DNA from: Halocafeteria seosinensis
Lineage: Eukaryota
Assembly (NCBI GenBank): GCA_001687465.1
Contig: LVLI01001229.1
Coordinates: 1-64,000, forward strand
Length of the DNA stretch: 64,000 nt
Direction of reading: 5' to 3'
The notes beneath the pieces are model-generated. The model did not search any database and was not told the origin of the DNA. It worked only from the letters and a program-made list of their open reading frames with translations. Shown piece by piece: positions 62,201 through 64,000 of the stretch. A program made the position numbers and the translations under genes. Position 1 is the stretch's first letter. Every line of letters begins with the position of its first letter.

Positions 62201-64000
62201 GCTTGTCCTCTCCAGTCATATTGAGAAGGAGGCATCTCACTTTGCTTCGGCTGAGTCGGCTCTGCAACAGGTTGCGCGATCTCAATTGGTAGATCGTGTT
62301 GCTGGGTCGAGGCCGCAGACTGCACATACTTTGTTTCAGGACCTTCCAACGTTTTGCAATCAGACCTGGTTTGCTAGTGTCTTCAGTCGACGGATCAGTA
62401 GCTCTGCTGGTGCATTCACGGTAGAGCCTGCTGGGTTGGAACACGGAGTGGGACTTAGCAACATGGAATTCGACCACTGTTGTCAAGAGCCACAGGACAC
62501 TACAAACCTGGATCGGTCTAAACCGTCACTTTCATGGGAGAGTTTGGGAGGTTCACTGTTCAACGAAGAGTCTGAGGTTGACGTAGTAGCTGAGGAATTT
62601 GTGTATCCGCCGTTCGTTGAGCCTCAAGGACGTCATGTCGAAACTGCCGCCCGAAATTCAGATATAGTAAAGCACCTATTATCCTCGTTTGATCAGTATA
62701 TCCGCTCGCTCTTACCCAATGGGGACATTTTAACTAGTACCAACAGTAGCTTTCAGCTCGTTGCGGGGGCAGGGCGAAGAAGTTTGACCAACAGTAGTAA
62801 GGAGACTGCGACTGAATTTGTCAGTTCTCTCAAAGATCACATACTACAACGACAGATTGCCTCAAAGAGTTTGCGCGTTTCAGCCTTTTCTCTTGCTGGG
62901 TTAGAGCTGAAACTCCAAAACAGAACAGGCGTCAATGTGACACTGGTAGTCTACCCTGAGGAGCAATCGGTTTCGTTAGAACAGGGCACTGACGTAACTC
63001 GGCTAGTATCAGGCGAAATGGAGCTTGCGTCACGAACGGCAACTTGCAAAAAGAGTCAAAGTGGAAGCTCATCAATGTTCACCGTAAATTGCACGGATCC
63101 ACTGCTGGGTAGCACTAGTACTTTGACTGTTGATTGTGGTACTAACGAAGGAACTACTGTGCGAGTCTTTTGCCCACAGTCCGTCATCGTTCCTGCAATG
63201 CTTCGTTCAGGCGGCCAGTCTTCGCACTGGAGCGACGCCAGTATCAATGACGGCAGCGTTCGATTCGATGGACGTACTGTTACAGCCGCAACGTCGAGAC
63301 TAGGACTCTTTTTATCAAGTTTACTTACGGTGGAAACTGCCCCGGTAGCGAAGATCATCCCACGGCCAAGTCCCACTGCGGCACCTACAACCAGCACTAC
63401 GCCATCAGTAACTCCTACAACCAGTGCTACGTCGTCACTAACCCCTACAGCAAGTGCCACGCTGACAGCAACCCCTACGCCCTCGTCCAGAATTCCACAG
63501 CGGAAGCTAGACCTGCGCTCATCGATTATAGCGGGAGACGAAAGCTGTTTCCAATATCTCCAAGGTCAAAGGCTGTTTAAGTTAACATGCAGCATTTCGT
63601 GGACATCCGTGGGATATACAAACAATAACTATATTTCACTCAAGGTAAACGAGACATTTGTTGGAGAAAACGACGCCGTTATTTACTTGGCAGGTGTCCA
63701 AGGTTTCCATGGCTTGTTCGTTATAGACGATGGAGCTAACGGGAGCGTGACAGCTTTTGAAGATGCACCATTGATTAAAGATGTACGCATTGTAAACGGG
63801 ACAACTTCATTTTCCGGTGGGTTCATTGTGCAACCGTGGCAAAAGTTCTTCGTTGTAGATTCTTGCAGCTCCTCCGGCAACGTTCGACAGCATGGCGGAG
63901 GGATATGCGGTAGTGGATGTGCCGGAGGGCGTGGTCAGATAAAGATATTCAATTCTTACACAACTGGGGAAGTAAGCGATCTCTTCGCTGGCGGTATAGC
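59229..64000 (+). CDS. Modular surface protein G5 (3' incomplete, absent from the ORF track): leader - mucin-like S/T/P repeat - B (GAIN/GPS-like) - Thr/Pro linker - G...
   Basis: I translated the frame of positions divisible by 3: open from after TGA 59205 to the window end. ATG 59229; signal-peptide-like MRFSFVGLLVSLSATPILVSRA at 59841. TQFLIDTLDSLEAGYDFAVND (~61953) matches G3 module B; DLRSSIIAGDESCFQY (~63510) starts a G module. Confidence 0.87.
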   Translation, partial: MKLRAFDPPLTAGSFGALMLLCRVGELVPVPENPRWIRELLQIGDLFQTTLLVLALSVLYTVGPLRIIRYIRLARLVEHGDSGERFQCRSSYCAGTDLWLLVFLSIALLQTLWDTVQEHGQWRIIHFPPGTHQSCSGCALNQPYSKSNSQLSLHKQHILDLVAISIIGEAVSAVVRFFCGKQLRKIASPEVRPVSRRQQFKRKKMRFSFVGLLVSLSATPILVSRATATATTTATPQPSNSPSLSPSQSPTWSATSSVTPTESSTSSITPSPSATGSVTPSTTGTSSFTPSTSATPAETPSASTTSSTTPFASTTSSFTQSTSSTPSETSSMSPTSSITPSPSATGSVTPSASGTSLVASASTTPSFTPSTSATPAETPSASTTSSTTPFASTTSSFTPSTSSTPSETSSMSPTSSITPSPSATGSVTPSTTGTSLVASASATPSETASMSTTSSTTPSASTTSSITPSPSATGSVTPSASGTSLVASASTTPSFTPSTSATPAETPSASTTSSTTPSASTTSSFTPSTSSTPSETSSISPTSSITPSPSATGSVTPSATGTSLVASASTTPSFTPSTSATPAETPSASTTSSTTPSASTTSSLTPSTSSTPSETSSISPSSSITPSPSATGSVTPSTTGTSLVASASATPSETSSMSPTSSITPSPSATGSVTPSTTGTSLVASASATPSETASMSTTPSETPSTSGTSSTTPSTSTTSVVAPSASTTPSFTPSTSATPAETPSANTTSSTTPSASTTSSLTPSTSSTPSETSSISPTSSITPSPSATGSVTPSTTGTSLVASASTTSSFTPSTSATPSETPSTSTTSSTTPSASTTPSLTPSTSATLLVPVSVSATSSISPQASRSPSMTTSESSTGETMELTPTLAKSHSVTPTSSPTGENVSETTQFLIDTLDSLEAGYDFAVNDKTTVSDFIGALTPIAESSALTAAVGERVLNLLNRVLKSNFDPSTDQFRYGNSLSDEAVTIISLVLSSHIEKEASHFASAESALQQVARSQLVDRVAGSRPQTAHTLFQDLPTFCNQTWFASVFSRRISSSAGAFTVEPAGLEHGVGLSNMEFDHCCQEPQDTTNLDRSKPSLSWESLGGSLFNEESEVDVVAEEFVYPPFVEPQGRHVETAARNSDIVKHLLSSFDQYIRSLLPNGDILTSTNSSFQLVAGAGRRSLTNSSKETATEFVSSLKDHILQRQIASKSLRVSAFSLAGLELKLQNRTGVNVTLVVYPEEQSVSLEQGTDVTRLVSGEMELASRTATCKKSQSGSSSMFTVNCTDPLLGSTSTLTVDCGTNEGTTVRVFCPQSVIVPAMLRSGGQSSHWSDASINDGSVRFDGRTVTAATSRLGLFLSSLLTVETAPVAKIIPRPSPTAAPTTSTTPSVTPTTSATSSLTPTASATLTATPTPSSRIPQRKLDLRSSIIAGDESCFQYLQGQRLFKLTCSISWTSVGYTNNNYISLKVNETFVGENDAVIYLAGVQGFHGLFVIDDGANGSVTAFEDAPLIKDVRIVNGTTSFSGGFIVQPWQKFFVVDSCSSSGNVRQHGGGICGSGCAGGRGQIKIFNSYTTGEVSDLFAGGI
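59990..61800 (+). repeat. Coding minisatellite of 30-bp (plus one 27-bp) unit types arranged in ~237-bp higher-order repeats
   Basis: Unit types TSSITPSPSA, TGSVTPSTTG, TSLVASAST, TPSFTPSTSA, TPAETPSAST, TSSTTPSAST, TSSFTPSTSS, TPSETSSMSP. The marker (A/T)CGTCATCGATAACTCC occurs at 60021, 60231, 60468, 60615, 60852, 61089, 61206 and 61563. Confidence 0.92.

Noticed and set aside
1..64000. Prokaryotic origin, alternative genetic code, tRNA/rRNA genes, or a specific species assignment
   Set aside because: Spliceosomal introns and standard-code long ORFs indicate an ordinary eukaryotic nucleus. No RNA gene signatures were seen, and the species cannot be established from this window.

Overview
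Eukaryotic genomic DNA from a compact, gene-dense protist genome, shown by two P450 genes with 12 short GT-AG introns each. A stramenopile is my best guess, from RRL-type motifs, clan-86-like P450s and REJ/GPS-type proteins; it is not provable here. Contents: (i) a family of intronless secreted/surface proteins built from shuffled modules: a Gly-rich GLUG-like beta-helix module (G), a GAIN/GPS-like module (B), a REJ-like module (R) and Ser/Thr/Pro linkers or a mucin-like minisatellite. There are five genes plus one pseudogene, with architectures G, G, G-B-R, G-G-R and mucin-B-G...; the last gene runs off the window and is missing from the ORF track. (ii) A 14.2-kb intronless gene of about 138-139 tandem TPRs. 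(iii) A roughly 3,250-aa protein with a degenerate NPHP3/TEP1-type NACHT domain and a coiled coil. (iv) A 25-residue-repeat LRR gene. (v) Two tandem 13-exon cytochrome P450 genes. (vi) A 229-bp inverted-repeat element with a 4-bp target-site duplication, an empty paralogous site 600 bp away, and cargo resembling a fragment of a D5-type (SF3) viral primase-helicase. The best candidates for a new system are the combinatorial, surface-variable G/B/R receptor-like family and the helicase-bearing mini-element. All domain calls come from by-eye motif recognition, not database searches.
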